NCBI GenBank assembly: GCA_965237955.1
Contig: OZ250169.1
Location: forward strand, 5,376,001-5,440,000
Length of the DNA stretch: 64,000 nt
Direction of reading: 5' to 3'
Origin: Candidatus Marinacidobacterales bacterium
Lineage (GTDB): Bacteria; Acidobacteriota; Vicinamibacteria; Marinacidobacterales; SMYC01
In this document: piece after piece, positions 47,618-58,611 of the stretch
Numbering within the stretch: the stretch's first letter is position 1
Layout: every line of letters starts with the position of its first letter
Position numbers and translations under genes: made by a program
The notes under the pieces: model-generated
The model's database searches: none
What the model was told of the DNA's origin: nothing
What the model saw: the letters and a program-made list of their open reading frames with translations, nothing else

Positions 47618-48806
47618 CTAGTCCCCTGGATCTTTAATTACTGTCCAAATTCGATTTGCCATGTGTATCGAGCGTTCGCTGGGCGAACCGAGCGATGGTT
47701 TCGAGGATTTGGTCGGCGGATTTCGTCCACTTGAACGGCTTTGGGTTCTCGTTGTGAGCATCGAGATAGTCTTGTATCGCAACGCGGAGCTGAGGCACGC
47801 TCGTGTGCGAGCCTCGTCGCAAGGCGTGTTCGGTGAGCAAGCCAAAGAAGCGCTCAGCGAAGTTGAGCCAAGAGGCGTGTGTCGGTGTGAAGTGAAAGTG
47901 GAAGCGAGGTCGCTTGGAAAGCCAGCGTTTGATCGCCGGTGTCTTGTGCGTGGCGAGATTGTCGAGCACGACGTGGATGTCCAACTCGCTGGGAACGGCT
48001 GCTTCGATCTCAGCGAGGAACTTCTTGAACTCTAGCGCTCGATGTCGCGCGTAGCACTTTCCGAAGACTTCACCTGTTGCGGCGTCGAGTGCGGCAAACA
48101 GGTCAGTCGTTCCATGCCGAATGTAGTCGTGGGTTTGTCGCTCGGGCTGGCCCAAGCTCATGGGCAGGACAGGTTGAGCACGCTCGAGCGCTTGAATCTG
48201 CGATTTCTCGTCGACACACAGGACGACCGCGTTATCCGGTGGGTTCATATACAGGCCAACAACGTCGCGTACTTTTTCGACCAGTTGTGGGTCTTGCGAG
48301 AGACGAAACGATTCCGAGCGGTGCGGTTGAAGCCCGAACGTTCGCCAAATACGTCCAATCGTCGAATGACTCAGCCCAAGATGCTTGGCCATCGAGCGCG
48401 TACTCCAATGGGTTCTCCCCTTTGGAGTCGTCTCCAGCGTCTTGGTCACGACTTCCTCGATCTGGTCATCGCCGATTTTGCGAGCCGCTCCCGGCCGAGG
48501 TTCGTCGTACAACCCTTCCATTCGTTGTTCTACAAAGCGTCTTCGCCACTTGCCCACCGTGCTCCTCATGGTGTGCATCTTCCTAGCAACTTCCATATTC
48601 GTCAGACCCGCCGCGCAATCCAGCACGATCTTCGCTCGGAAGGCTTGGTGCGGCGAACTACGGCTGCGTCGCGCCAGTCGCGTCAGCGCTTCGCTTTCTT
48701 GAGACGCCAGCTTCAATTCGCCTTTTCGCCGGCCCTTGTGTTTCATGCATTTAGCAGATCACAGAAGGGCCAGTGTTGTCTAGCTTTTTCTGTTCCATGG
48801 GACTAG
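47618..48806 (-). mobile_element. IS630-family insertion sequence
   Basis: CTAGTCCC...GGGACTAG ends (TA target). Confidence 0.92.
47634..48746 (-). CDS. IS630 transposase
   Basis: [46 protein letters not shown]. Confidence 0.95.
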   Translation of the reverse strand: MKHKGRRKGELKLASQESEALTRLARRSRSSPHQAFRAKIVLDCAAGLTNMEVARKMHTMRSTVGKWRRRFVEQRMEGLYDEPRPGAARKIGDDQIEEVVTKTLETTPKGRTHWSTRSMAKHLGLSHSTIGRIWRTFGLQPHRSESFRLSQDPQLVEKVRDVVGLYMNPPDNAVVLCVDEKSQIQALERAQPVLPMSLGQPERQTHDYIRHGTTDLFAALDAATGEVFGKCYARHRALEFKKFLAEIEAAVPSELDIHVVLDNLATHKTPAIKRWLSKRPRFHFHFTPTHASWLNFAERFFGLLTEHALRRGSHTSVPQLRVAIQDYLDAHNENPKPFKWTKSADQILETIARFAQRTLDTHGKSNLDSN

Positions 48807-48911
48807 ACTGAAACGCCATCGGGAGGGCGCTCCACGGCGCGCCCTCCCGTTCGCGCGTCTGGGTCGTCTTCACGAAGATTGCCACCCAATCGGCACACTC
48901 GAGTCGCAAGC

Positions 48912-49010
48912 TCAGTGTGTCATCGCGTAGATCGCGATGTTCACGCCGACCGGATAGGCTTTGAGCGAAAATCGATAGAAGTACTCGTCTTCCTCCGCCT
49001 CTCTTTCCCA
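48912..49010 (-). pseudogene. C-terminal fragment of a DUF4159-type protein
   Basis: WEREAEEDEYFYRFSLKAYPVGVNIAIYAMTH*, cut by the adjacent IS. Confidence 0.65.
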
Positions 49011-49013
49011 GCC

Positions 49014-50504
49014 GTGCTACTCGCACGATCATTGTGGAGTACGGAGAGCGAACGTTCGACACATCTGTGAATGCAGGGCTTCCATGAGCGAACGGCTGGT
49101 CATCTGACTTACTGCCTGCCATGCTTGGGGATGACGAGACCCCACCGAGTTCGCCGGACCTACGACCATCGGCTGCGTGATGCCATCGCCGCGACTGGTA
49201 ATGCGGATCTGTTCCGGGATGTTGCCATCCCGCGCTCGACGCGGCGCACCTGGGCGCGCGGCGATGTTCGTCCCGTAGTCGCTTCGGTCGATGTTGAGCT
49301 GGAGGTCTACGAGCTACTGGAGCAGGTCGATAAACTGCGCCAGCGCGCCAGCCGCCAGGCGGCAGTCATCGGATTGCTCATGCAGCTTTTGAAACTCCGC
49401 GGCGGCAAACTCGACGGCGATCGCGTTCCCGAAGGCGTAAGCAAATCTGCTGTTCTCCGTGCGATCGGGTCGGCGACTGGCCTCCTACCGTTGGGGACCG
49501 CGCTGACGATCGTCGGCATCTCGTCGGCGCGGTATCACTCGTGGAGGCGCAAGGAGGAGGGCTGCGGGCTCGACGATCAACCGAGCTGTCCGAAGTCCTT
49601 TCCCAGCCAGCTCACACGCGACGAAATCTCCACGATGCGGGATTTCGTCGAGTCCGACGCTTATCGCCACATCGCGGTTCGGAATCTGACGCTTTACGCG
49701 CAGCGCCTAGGCAAGCTCTTCGCGTCGACAAGCACCTGGTACAAGATGATCCGCGAGCGCGGCTGGAGGCGCCCCCGAAGGCGGGTGCATCCCGCAAAGC
49801 CCAAAGAAGGACTCCGAGCAAAGCGCCCAAACGAGTATTGGCAGATCGACGCGACCGTGATCCGGCTGACGACCGGAGTCCGCATCTACCTCCAAGCGGT
49901 CATCGACAATTTCAGCCGAAGGATTCTCGCTTGGCGGGTGAGCGACAAGCTGAGCTCGGCAACGACGCGCGAGCTGCTCATCGAGGCCTCGGGGGACCTC
50001 CCTCGCGCCGCAGCGAACGCCAACGTGCTCGTCGTCACTGACGGCGGTTCGGAAAACTTTGGCGAGGTAGACCAGCTTCTCGAGGATTCAAGTTCTCTGA
50101 GTCGTGTGCTCGCCCAAGTCGACATAGTTTGCTCGAACTCTTTGATCGAAGCGTTTTGGCGACAATTGAAGCACGCGTGGCTTTTCCTGAACACCCTCGA
50201 CAGTACGGTGGCCGTGCGGCGTCTCGTCGCCTTCTACGTCGATGATCACAATGAAAAGATCCCGCGCGCCGTTCTCGGCGGTCGTACACCAGACGAGGTG
50301 TACTTCGGCCGTGAGGAGAATCTGCTGGAGCGGCTCTCTGAGCACCGCAAGAGGGCGCAGCGGGTCAGGAGCGCCGCGAATCGAGCAGCGAGTTGCTATC
50401 GCTGCGAACCGTCACGCGCAGGCCCGGCTGCGCGGAACGTCGCCAGAACACGAGCTCGTCGAAAACCTGCTCGGATATTTGCATAATGTCTGTGTGAGCA
50501 GCAC
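49014..50504 (+). mobile_element. IS with rve integrase core (IS3/IS481-like)
   Basis: Imperfect IRs GTGCTACTCGCACGATCATT / revcomp GTGCTGCTCACACAGACATT; no TSD seen. Confidence 0.7.
49131..50486 (+). CDS. DDE integrase-core transposase
   Basis: PNEYWQIDAT, VIDNFSRRILAW, TDGGSEN, NSLIEAFWRQLK, TPDEVY. Confidence 0.88.
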   Translation: MTRPHRVRRTYDHRLRDAIAATGNADLFRDVAIPRSTRRTWARGDVRPVVASVDVELEVYELLEQVDKLRQRASRQAAVIGLLMQLLKLRGGKLDGDRVPEGVSKSAVLRAIGSATGLLPLGTALTIVGISSARYHSWRRKEEGCGLDDQPSCPKSFPSQLTRDEISTMRDFVESDAYRHIAVRNLTLYAQRLGKLFASTSTWYKMIRERGWRRPRRRVHPAKPKEGLRAKRPNEYWQIDATVIRLTTGVRIYLQAVIDNFSRRILAWRVSDKLSSATTRELLIEASGDLPRAAANANVLVVTDGGSENFGEVDQLLEDSSSLSRVLAQVDIVCSNSLIEAFWRQLKHAWLFLNTLDSTVAVRRLVAFYVDDHNEKIPRAVLGGRTPDEVYFGREENLLERLSEHRKRAQRVRSAANRAASCYRCEPSRAGPAARNVARTRARRKPARIFA

Positions 50505-50680
50505 TGGTGCAAGTTCTCCCTTTGAACGACGTTCACGGCGTTCCAGCAAACATCAAGGGCCTCGGGAATCGCCTCTCAGGCCATGGACACATCAAGTCGA
50601 GTGCGACGTACTTGGGAAACGCGAAAGGAAATTCCTATCGCGAGCCGGCATCAAGCCACCCCTATTGGGGTAGCTGTTGG

Positions 50681-52051
50681 CTATCCTAGTTTGGATGAAA
50701 CCAAGCGTTTTGCAAATTCTTTTGCCTTTTCAGGAATCTGTAGTATTACCGCCGATTCCTTTAACGGTTTGGTGGCATCCATTCCTATCCGCGTTGCTAT
50801 GCCTTCATCCGATGCCGAGGGGTCCAACAGGACTCCCATGGCCCCCTCGACCTTCACCAGGTCCTTATCGGCCTGAAAACGGGTGGAAATTGCCCACAGG
50901 ACCTCTGTTTCATTGAAAACATCGACGTCTTCGTCAACCACCACCACCAGTTTTAGGCAATGATCGACGCCCAGGGCGGTTAAGATGGCCTGTTTGGCCT
51001 GACCCGCAGCCGTCTTCTGCATGGATATATAGGCATGAAACAAACCGCATCCGGAAATGGGCACATGCACTTTCTTAAGCCCCGGAATCGTCCGGGAAAG
51101 GGATTGAAACAGGTCCGCTTCCCTCGGAATAGCCAGAAGGGAACAGTGCTCGGCGGACAAACCCGCAGAGATACTCTGATAAATCGGGTTCTCTCGGTGA
51201 TACAGGGTTTGCGCTTCAAAAACATGCTGGGTGCTTCTAAATGAAGAATAATTGGTGAATTCGCCAAACGGACCCTCAGGCTCTCGAATCCCCGCCAATA
51301 TTTCCCCCTCCAAAACGATCTCCGCATATGCCGGTATGTTAAGGGGCACACTTATTCCTTTTACCACCTCAAAGGGCTCGCCCAGCAGCGCGCCGACGAC
51401 TTCGTATTTGCCTACGGTACTGGGAATCACGCCGATGGAGGCCAAAGAAATTAAAGGATGAACCCCCAGCACACACGCAATGGGGAAGTTTTCACCCTTT
51501 TCCTCCGCCCTTCGTTGAAAATCCCATAACCGTTTGCGCGAGTGCAGGCTTATGCCAAAGCGGTTGCCGCCTTTAAACATCAACCGGTGATACCCCAGGC
51601 TGCTCAGTCCGGTGTCCGGATCGGCGGAAACGATAAGGCCGGCGGTAATGTAGGGGGCCGGATCCGCCTGAAAATGAGTAAGTATCGGTAAAACGGAGGT
51701 GTCAATCTGATCGCGCTCATAAATCCTATAATGGGTCGGCGACTCTTTTATCACGTTTTCCCGGTAATAATTACTTTTGCGGTTGGAATACGTGGCAATA
51801 AGATTTTGTTCATCAGTATCAAACGCAAGCGCCATTCGGGCTCTTGAGCCGAGCAAATTAGCGAGAACAGGAATGGCGGCACCTTTGATATTTTCAAAAA
51901 CGACAATCGGAGATTTACCCCGGTTTTCTAGTTCCGTTAGAATAGCAGTGGCCTCATAGGCAGGATCCACTTCTTCGGTGATATGCATGACTTGATCCGG
52001 GCTTTTGGTTTCCGCTTGATGGATATATGACCGCCAGTCCTGCTTGCTCAT
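50681..52051 (-). CDS. ubiD: UbiD-family prFMN-dependent decarboxylase
   Basis: GYHRL, EIVLEG, EGPFGEFTNY, VVVVDEDVD, VLWAISTR, LDPS, DAT; visibly AT-richer than the host genes. Confidence 0.9.
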   Translation of the reverse strand: MSKQDWRSYIHQAETKSPDQVMHITEEVDPAYEATAILTELENRGKSPIVVFENIKGAAIPVLANLLGSRARMALAFDTDEQNLIATYSNRKSNYYRENVIKESPTHYRIYERDQIDTSVLPILTHFQADPAPYITAGLIVSADPDTGLSSLGYHRLMFKGGNRFGISLHSRKRLWDFQRRAEEKGENFPIACVLGVHPLISLASIGVIPSTVGKYEVVGALLGEPFEVVKGISVPLNIPAYAEIVLEGEILAGIREPEGPFGEFTNYSSFRSTQHVFEAQTLYHRENPIYQSISAGLSAEHCSLLAIPREADLFQSLSRTIPGLKKVHVPISGCGLFHAYISMQKTAAGQAKQAILTALGVDHCLKLVVVVDEDVDVFNETEVLWAISTRFQADKDLVKVEGAMGVLLDPSASDEGIATRIGMDATKPLKESAVILQIPEKAKEFAKRLVSSKLG

Positions 52052-52636
52052 AACGGCTCCCTTTTCAACTGAAGTTGTTTGTCTTCGATATCCTGAACGC
52101 CGCCTTTCACTGCAATGGGCATAGGAATTTCAAACGGCCCTCCCAATGTAGAGCTGGGTGAGTGGACCGTCCAGGGAGCCTGATGTGGTGGTCCACCCGG
52201 CTGCTTCCGGTCTGATCCGGGGGCCGATCAGCGATCGCGAGCCGATCGCGCTTCGCCAGTTCAAGCGCTTCGCAGTATTCGGAATCCTCATCGAGCCAGC
52301 GGTAATGGCTGCTCCGTTCGTGTACCTCCACTGAATAGCCCACCCGAAGATGGGTGAACAGACTATTTCCGAAGGATCGTGTCTTTTGACTTCTGGAAAA
52401 AGGTTGAGATCGGCTAACTTGCCGCCCATATCGGCACTTGGGTTTCTGATGCGGATGGCTAGCCCCTTGAGTCCATGGCTGAATAAAGTATCCGCATATC
52501 ATACGTTAGTACCGAAGGTCAATCCATAAGTAGCTGGACAGCTGGAGGGCGCACGTCACGATCGTGTCAACGCCGGCCGAAAACTGCGCATTCATGGCGG
52601 ATGAAAATTGCACACCCGAGCCATGGGTGGCGAACC

Positions 52637-53464
52637 CTATGACGCCGTCGCCTCCGTGTATTTCCTATGAGATTTAGCCGGCGGGTGAGGTTCGTCCGAA
52701 CCCGCCGGATGGAGCGCTCGCCACAGTTCGGAGTGCTCTCTCATGCGGTAACTGTTTCCTCGGATGTTGACGAGGTGGCAGTGGTGCAGAATGCGGTCGA
52801 TGAGAGCGGCGGCCATGACTTCGTCGCCAAGGATCTCGCCCCATTCCTCGAAACTTTTGTTAGAGGTGAGCACGGTCGAAGCGCGCTCGTATCGCCTACT
52901 TATGAGCTGGAAAAAAAGCACCGCGCCGGTCTGGGTGACGGGTAGGTATCCGATTTCATCGACAACAAGCAGTGACGGATAACTGAGAACCGCGAGTCGA
53001 CGAGTGAGGCGGCCCGCGTCACGAGCCTCTTCGAGGGAGGTGATGAGCTCAGCCAGGGTGCCGTAATAGACGCGCCGTCCATTCTGGGCAGCGGCGATGG
53101 CAAGATGAGTTTTGCCCACACCAGTAGGTCCCAATAAGACGACGTTCTCCTTACGTTCAACGAACCCGAGCTCGTGAAGGTTCTCAATCTGCTCGCGTTT
53201 GATCGATGGCTGGAACGAAAAATCGAACTCATCGATTGTTTTGACCGCGGGGAGTCGTGAGGAGCGCATCGCCGCTTGGAGACGACGGTTGTTTCTCAAC
53301 GTGATCTGCGCTCCAAGAAGGTTCTCGATGGCCTCCGCCGTTGTGACCGCACCGCCATCGGCATCAGATAGTACGCGGTCGACAGCTTTGAGCGCGCCAG
53401 GCATCTTTAGGTCGGCCAGCATCGTACGGATCTGCTCACGTCGCGATATTGTGCTCGCCTTCAT
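52637..53464 (-). CDS. istB: IstB ATPase
   Basis: FDFSFQP, GPTGVGKTHLA, VVDEIGY, TSN, LIDRILHH, GNSYR. Confidence 0.92.
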   Translation of the reverse strand: MKASTISRREQIRTMLADLKMPGALKAVDRVLSDADGGAVTTAEAIENLLGAQITLRNNRRLQAAMRSSRLPAVKTIDEFDFSFQPSIKREQIENLHELGFVERKENVVLLGPTGVGKTHLAIAAAQNGRRVYYGTLAELITSLEEARDAGRLTRRLAVLSYPSLLVVDEIGYLPVTQTGAVLFFQLISRRYERASTVLTSNKSFEEWGEILGDEVMAAALIDRILHHCHLVNIRGNSYRMREHSELWRALHPAGSDEPHPPAKSHRKYTEATAS

Positions 53465-53605
53465 TGTCCACCTCCAACGAGCCGCGTGTAGACTTCGAGG
53501 GGACGATGCTCGACATCCATCGAAGGCAGTGTGGTTAAGCAGGCTTTTGGAGTTCTTCTCGCGGGTTGGTTTGGCAGTACAAGAGAGCGATATGGCCGCT
53601 CAACG

Positions 53606-54972
53606 GGATGTGTCCCGAGGTCCGTGGAAAAAGAACGGCGCCCTCCACTCCGTCATCAGAGTATCATATCAGGCGGCAACCTCCGTGTGTTCGAGAACCT
53701 CGCTCAGACGTTGGTAGCCGTCGATGCGTCGTAGTTGAATCTGGCCAGAGGCGATAAGCCCAAACAGCAAAGCGACCGCGGACTCCTCGCTGGAGAACGA
53801 CGCTTGGGTTTTCGTCCGGCGTCGAAACTCGCGGTTGAGATTCTCCAGAGCATTGGTCGTTCGAATCGATTTCCACATGGCACGAGGGAATTCGTAGAAG
53901 GTCAGCAGCTGATTACCGGCCTCCTCTAGGCTTCGGACGACGGCTGGTGCGAGAGGCGTCCACTTGGCGACGAGCTCGTCATAGGCTTTGCGAGCATCGA
54001 TCCCGTTCTTGGCGTAGACGATCCGGTTGTAGTCACGCCGGAGCTCACGGCGTGCGTGCGCCGGGCAATGTTCGAGCAAGTTGGCGCGCTTGTGCTCGGT
54101 ACATCGCTGCAACCGGCACCCCGGCCACTTCTCCAGCGCTTTCGTCAGCCCCTTGTGGCCGTCGCTGATCACTAGCTTGGGAGCCCGGAGTCCTCGAGCC
54201 TGGAGTCCCTCCAGCACGGAGCCCCAATGCGTCGAGGCTTCGCTCACCGCCAGACGCAATGACAACAGACGTTTCTGCCCGTCTGGCGCGACCCCGAGCG
54301 CGACCAGTACGGGTACGCTGATCACACGTTTCGCCATCCGCACTTTCAGGTGGAAGCCGTCCAGGTAAACGATCGCGTAGACCTCCTCGCTGAGAGCACG
54401 GTTCTGCCATTCCTCGAAGCGCTCCTTCAGCCGGCTAACCACGCGAGACACCGCGCTCTTCGATAGGTGCTCCTCACCGAGCAGTGGTTTCAGCGCTTTG
54501 CGGATCCGGCGGCTATTCGCGCCCGACAAGTACGTCCCCAAGATCGCCTCGTCGACCTCACGAGTCCGGCGCGCGTACCGGGGCAACAGCTCGCTCCTGA
54601 ACTCTGTCGTCTCTCCCGTTTCCTCGTCTCGCACGCGGGCTCGTGGCACCCGGAGCTCGCGAGTTCCCACCGACGTCGTCACGCGACGGGTTTCGGCTCC
54701 GTTGCGATATCCACGGCGGTCTTCCGCACGCTCGTAGCTACCACACCCCAGCGCTTGGTTGACTTCTTCCTCGAGCACGACCTCGATTGCCTCCAGTACC
54801 CGCTTACGCAGCCGAAGTTGGACGAACTCCCGGTACTCGCTTACAGACTCCTTCGATATGGTGGTAGGCTTCTTCATGGCGTAATCCTCCTCCTCGCCTT
54901 TCCAGGCGCGGTTTCGTTTTGTTTAACCGGAGGTTACGCCATTCTTATTTCCACGGGAAGCGGGACGGATCC
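53606..54972 (-). mobile_element. IS256-family element (type 2), copy A
   Basis: IRs GGATCCGTCCCG.../...CGGGACACATCC; 8-bp TSD GCTCAACG (53598-53605, 54973-54980). Confidence 0.95.
53669..54877 (-). CDS. IS256 transposase
   Basis: GYRNG, VPRAR, YLDG, ISDG, QRC..HK, RTTNALENLN. Confidence 0.95.
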   Translation of the reverse strand: MKKPTTISKESVSEYREFVQLRLRKRVLEAIEVVLEEEVNQALGCGSYERAEDRRGYRNGAETRRVTTSVGTRELRVPRARVRDEETGETTEFRSELLPRYARRTREVDEAILGTYLSGANSRRIRKALKPLLGEEHLSKSAVSRVVSRLKERFEEWQNRALSEEVYAIVYLDGFHLKVRMAKRVISVPVLVALGVAPDGQKRLLSLRLAVSEASTHWGSVLEGLQARGLRAPKLVISDGHKGLTKALEKWPGCRLQRCTEHKRANLLEHCPAHARRELRRDYNRIVYAKNGIDARKAYDELVAKWTPLAPAVVRSLEEAGNQLLTFYEFPRAMWKSIRTTNALENLNREFRRRTKTQASFSSEESAVALLFGLIASGQIQLRRIDGYQRLSEVLEHTEVAA

Positions 54973-55624
54973 GCTCAACGAGCGGTCTCAGAGTGGCCCT
55001 TTCATCGCGCGCGAATCGTTCTATCGGTCGTTCCTTGGTTGTGCGATGGAGTCGGACGTTGGCGACGTCACTCAGCCAACGCTCGAGCTGAGCATCGAGG
55101 TCGTCATCGTTGATAAAGTGGCGACCGTAGAAGAAGCTTCCTCTCACATAGCGGATTGGCCTTTCCACTTTGCCCTTGGTCTTCGCCCGATACGGGCGAC
55201 ACGCTCTTGTTCGAAACTCCCAGTGGTGGGCGAAGCGGACGAACTCTGGGTTCTCAACGAGAGGGCCACCTTCCCGGCGGTGATCCTCGACGATGACCGA
55301 ACACATCTGGTCAAAAAGGAGCTCTTTGGGAACTCCTCCCAAAAATGCTTCTTGATTCCCTGCTCCAAATACTCTCGTAGTAACACTCGTTTCTCCCTTC
55401 CGTACATCGGCGCCTCCACTCCGGAAACGCCATTCTGATTGAAGGCGCGCCGTCATGTCTGGCACTCCAGACACACGACAACGGCCTCCTTTTACGGATG
55501 GCCGAGTGTGCAATTTACGCCCGCCGCTAACACGATCGTGAGGCAGTTCGAATATCGCGGAGTGGAGTGGTTTACAAGCTTGTTCCTACGGCTATAGAGC
55601 TATAGTAGTCGGAGGAGGTGTGCA

Positions 55625-56686
55625 ATGAGAGTGAAATATAAGATTGGCAGAATCCTGTCCGCTCTGACATTGCTATGGGGCACGCTTCTAGCGGCGGCCT
55701 GCTCTAACGGCCTTGCTCCCCCTGATGCCACCATCAGATGGAGGGCGCAGTCTGGATTACCCGCCGGCAGTTGGAACTATCAAGACCAGTTCGTGAAGTT
55801 CGCCGAGTTGGTGAATGAGCGGAGCAATGGGCGCCTTGAAATCGAGATTTTCCCCCCCGGTACCATCGTTGATGCCTACGAGCAGTTCAATGCGGTACAA
55901 AAGAAAGCAATCGAAATGGGAATGGGCGTGGGGGGGTATAACGTCAAGCAGGTTCCGGAAGCTTACATCGAACAGGGACTCTTTGGTGTTTTCTCGACGC
56001 TTGAGGACTTTGTGGACTTCTATATCTACTACAAGGACGGGGCTGCCTACGAGCTTATCGACGCCGCTTACAGAGAAAGGGGCTGCCATCTCCTGAAGTC
56101 GCTGGGACCCTCCCCTCTCGTTGTCATTTCCAGAGAACCTCTGAAGACGGTACAGGAATTGAAGGGACTGAAGATCAGGGGCAGCGCGACGGCCCCTGAT
56201 TTGATCACCAACCTGGGTGCTGTTCCGGTGACTTTGGCACCGGCGGAATTGTACATGGCACTGCAAACGGGAACCGTCGATGCAGTGATCATGCCCAATT
56301 ATTCGATCGGCACCTATAATTTTTGGGACGTTGCCAAAGGCCTTATGGGTCCTCCTATTGGTCAGGCAGCCGGAGATATGTACGTCAATCTGGAGGTCTA
56401 TAACAGCCTTCCGGATGACTTGAAAGGGATCTTAGAAGAGGCGGCAGAGGAAGCCATGTTCTATTATGTAGAGACCATTTCCGCAAAGATGGACGAAATA
56501 CTGGAAATCGCGGAAAGGGAGCACGGCGTCACCATCGTCACTTTACCGGATGAAGAGTATGCGAAGATCCTCGAAGCGGCAGCTCCTATTTTGGACCAGA
56601 CAGCTGCCCGAAGCCCAAGATCTGAAAAAATTATCCAGCTGATGAAAGAGTATCTGGCAGAGAAGGGAACAAGAGGGACGGACTAA
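55625..56686 (+). CDS. dctP: TRAP transporter substrate-binding lipoprotein
   Basis: Lipobox AAAC; SNGRLEIEIFP, LKGLKIR, ELYMALQTGTVDA; GGAGG RBS. Confidence 0.9.
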   Translation: MRVKYKIGRILSALTLLWGTLLAAACSNGLAPPDATIRWRAQSGLPAGSWNYQDQFVKFAELVNERSNGRLEIEIFPPGTIVDAYEQFNAVQKKAIEMGMGVGGYNVKQVPEAYIEQGLFGVFSTLEDFVDFYIYYKDGAAYELIDAAYRERGCHLLKSLGPSPLVVISREPLKTVQELKGLKIRGSATAPDLITNLGAVPVTLAPAELYMALQTGTVDAVIMPNYSIGTYNFWDVAKGLMGPPIGQAAGDMYVNLEVYNSLPDDLKGILEEAAEEAMFYYVETISAKMDEILEIAEREHGVTIVTLPDEEYAKILEAAAPILDQTAARSPRSEKIIQLMKEYLAEKGTRGTD

Positions 56687-56755
56687 GGGACTTTCCCCCT
56701 TTGTTCGATTTGGAGATCGGCAATCAATAACTCTTCTCCTCTTTTCCCCACCTAC

Positions 56756-57298
56756 CTGAGGCGTGTCCTTCAAGCGATAGACGCCGCCAGTGAATGGACC
56801 GGTAAGATCAGCGCCTTCCTGATTCCAGGCATGATGTTCATCATGACCTACGAGGTGGTGGCCCGGTATATCCTGAAAAGCCCTACCATTTGGGCGATGG
56901 AGAGCACCCAATACCTTTTTTTGGCCACCACGGCTCTGGGAGGTGCCTATGTCTTGCGCCATGGTGGACATGTCAACGTACCTATCTTGTATGACCGTTT
57001 GAGCACTCGAACCCAAGCGATCGTCGATGTGGTGACCTCACTCTTCTTTTTCTTTTTCATTGTCGCTTTGTTTCGAGCCTCCTGGCTGACCACGGTGGAG
57101 GCGGTGGTCTATCGGGAACATTCACCCACCTACTGGGAGCCCCCCATTTATCCGGTCTATATCGTCATGACCGCCGGTATTTTACTCATCATTCTTCAGG
57201 GTGTAGCCAAATTTGTCCGGAACCTCGCCACAGCGATCACGGGGAAAGTGGAAACTCCAAGCGGGATTGCGAGCGCTCGACAGGATGAGCCGCAATGA
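56756..57298 (+). CDS. dctQ: TRAP transporter small permease (start uncertain)
   Basis: YEVVARY...PTIWAME, GGAY....GHVNV, four TMs; no clear ATG before the first TM. Confidence 0.85.
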   Translation: MRRVLQAIDAASEWTGKISAFLIPGMMFIMTYEVVARYILKSPTIWAMESTQYLFLATTALGGAYVLRHGGHVNVPILYDRLSTRTQAIVDVVTSLFFFFFIVALFRASWLTTVEAVVYREHSPTYWEPPIYPVYIVMTAGILLIILQGVAKFVRNLATAITGKVETPSGIASARQDEPQ

Positions 57299-58608
57299 GT
57301 ATTGGACTGGTCACCGCGATTCTTTTCATTCTTCTGGCCTTACTGCTCCTGTCGGGTCTGCCTCTTGCCTTTGGGTTGGGTGCCACCGCGGTGATACTGG
57401 CTTTATGGAGGATGGGTCCTGAAGCTCTCTTTCTTCTGACCACCACGGCCTTTTCCTCCTGGACCCTTTATATCCTGGTGGCCCTGCCCCTTTTTGTTTT
57501 GATGGCCAACTTTCTTTCACGCTCAGGGATCGCCGATGACCTGTATGAAATGATGTACCACTGGATGGGATCATTGAGGGGAGGATTGGCGATGGGTACG
57601 GTGATTATCTGTGCGCTTTTCGCGGCCATGTCAGGGGTGAGTGCCGCCGGAACGGTCACCATGGGCCTGGTCGCCCTGCCCTCCATGCTGAGGAAAAACT
57701 ATCACAAGGACATCGCCGTGGGCGCAATCTCTGCCGGAGGTTCCTTGGGAATCCTGATCCCTCCCAGCATCATCATGATCGTGTTTGCCAGCCTCACAGG
57801 TGCCTCGGTAGGGAAATTGTTCATAGGAGGGGTCATTCCGGGTCTCGTCATCGCTGCTCTTTTTGTCACCTACATTGGAATCAGGACTCTGATCCAACCT
57901 CATCTCGGCCCCTCGATTCCAGAAGAGGAGAAGATCTCCTGGGGCCGGAAGTTCAGGCTCATCCGGGCGGTGATTCTCCCGGTAGCTCTCGTCTTGCTGG
58001 TGCTGGGATCCATCTACACGGGAATCACCACCCCCACGGAAGCCTCGGCAATCGGAGCCTTCGGAGCTCTGATCTGCACCATCGTCAAGAGGCGCTTTTC
58101 CTGGGCGCTGTTTCAGGAAGCAACACTGGAGGCATTCAAACTCTCCGTCATGGTGGGTTGGATCGTGTTAGGCGCAAAAGCCTTCTCCCATATTTATGCG
58201 GCAACGGGAGCCGGCAAGTTCATTCTTGGCATGATCTCAGGACATGAACTGAGACCATGGCTGATTCTTCTAGCCATGCAGCTGATTCTCTTTATCCTGG
58301 GAATGTTTATCGACCCCATTGGGATCATGATGATCACTCTCCCGGTATTTCTGCCACTGAGTGAAGAATTAGGATTCGATCTCATTTGGTTCGGTGTCCT
58401 CTTTACCATCAATATGGAACTGGCCTATATCTCCCCTCCTTTTGGATTGAACCTCTTCTACATGAAGGGTGTGGTTCCCAACAGTATCGGCATGGGAGAC
58501 ATCTATAGATCCGTCCTGCCTTTTATTGCCCTGGAGGTCCTGGGCCTGGTCCTGGTCATCCTGTTTCCCCAGCTGGTGCTCTGGTTACCGAATGCTATGA
58601 TGAGGTAG
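57295..58608 (+). CDS. dctM: TRAP transporter large permease
   Basis: LVALPLFVLM, FAAMSGVS, LGILIPPS, TPTEA, ISPPFGLNLF. Confidence 0.93.
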   Translation: MSIGLVTAILFILLALLLLSGLPLAFGLGATAVILALWRMGPEALFLLTTTAFSSWTLYILVALPLFVLMANFLSRSGIADDLYEMMYHWMGSLRGGLAMGTVIICALFAAMSGVSAAGTVTMGLVALPSMLRKNYHKDIAVGAISAGGSLGILIPPSIIMIVFASLTGASVGKLFIGGVIPGLVIAALFVTYIGIRTLIQPHLGPSIPEEEKISWGRKFRLIRAVILPVALVLLVLGSIYTGITTPTEASAIGAFGALICTIVKRRFSWALFQEATLEAFKLSVMVGWIVLGAKAFSHIYAATGAGKFILGMISGHELRPWLILLAMQLILFILGMFIDPIGIMMITLPVFLPLSEELGFDLIWFGVLFTINMELAYISPPFGLNLFYMKGVVPNSIGMGDIYRSVLPFIALEVLGLVLVILFPQLVLWLPNAMMR

Positions 58609-58611
58609 AAG

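Larger units (their letters stand above)
53461..55407 (-). pseudogene. istA: IstA transposase, internally deleted and split by IS256
   Basis: MYGREKRVLLREYLEQG fused out of frame to GGVPKELLFDQM...KTKGKVER; the C-terminus lies beyond the IS256. Confidence 0.85.
52565..55532 (-). mobile_element. IS21-family element A (degenerate, contains an IS256)
   Basis: TGT...ACA ends with internal repeats; 6-bp TSD CGATCG at 52559-52564 and 55533-55538. Confidence 0.9.

Noticed and set aside
52107-52502. Phage terminase small-subunit-like snippet (HYRWLDEDSEYCEALE)
   Set aside because: Too short and embedded in a non-credible ORF, with no other phage genes nearby.
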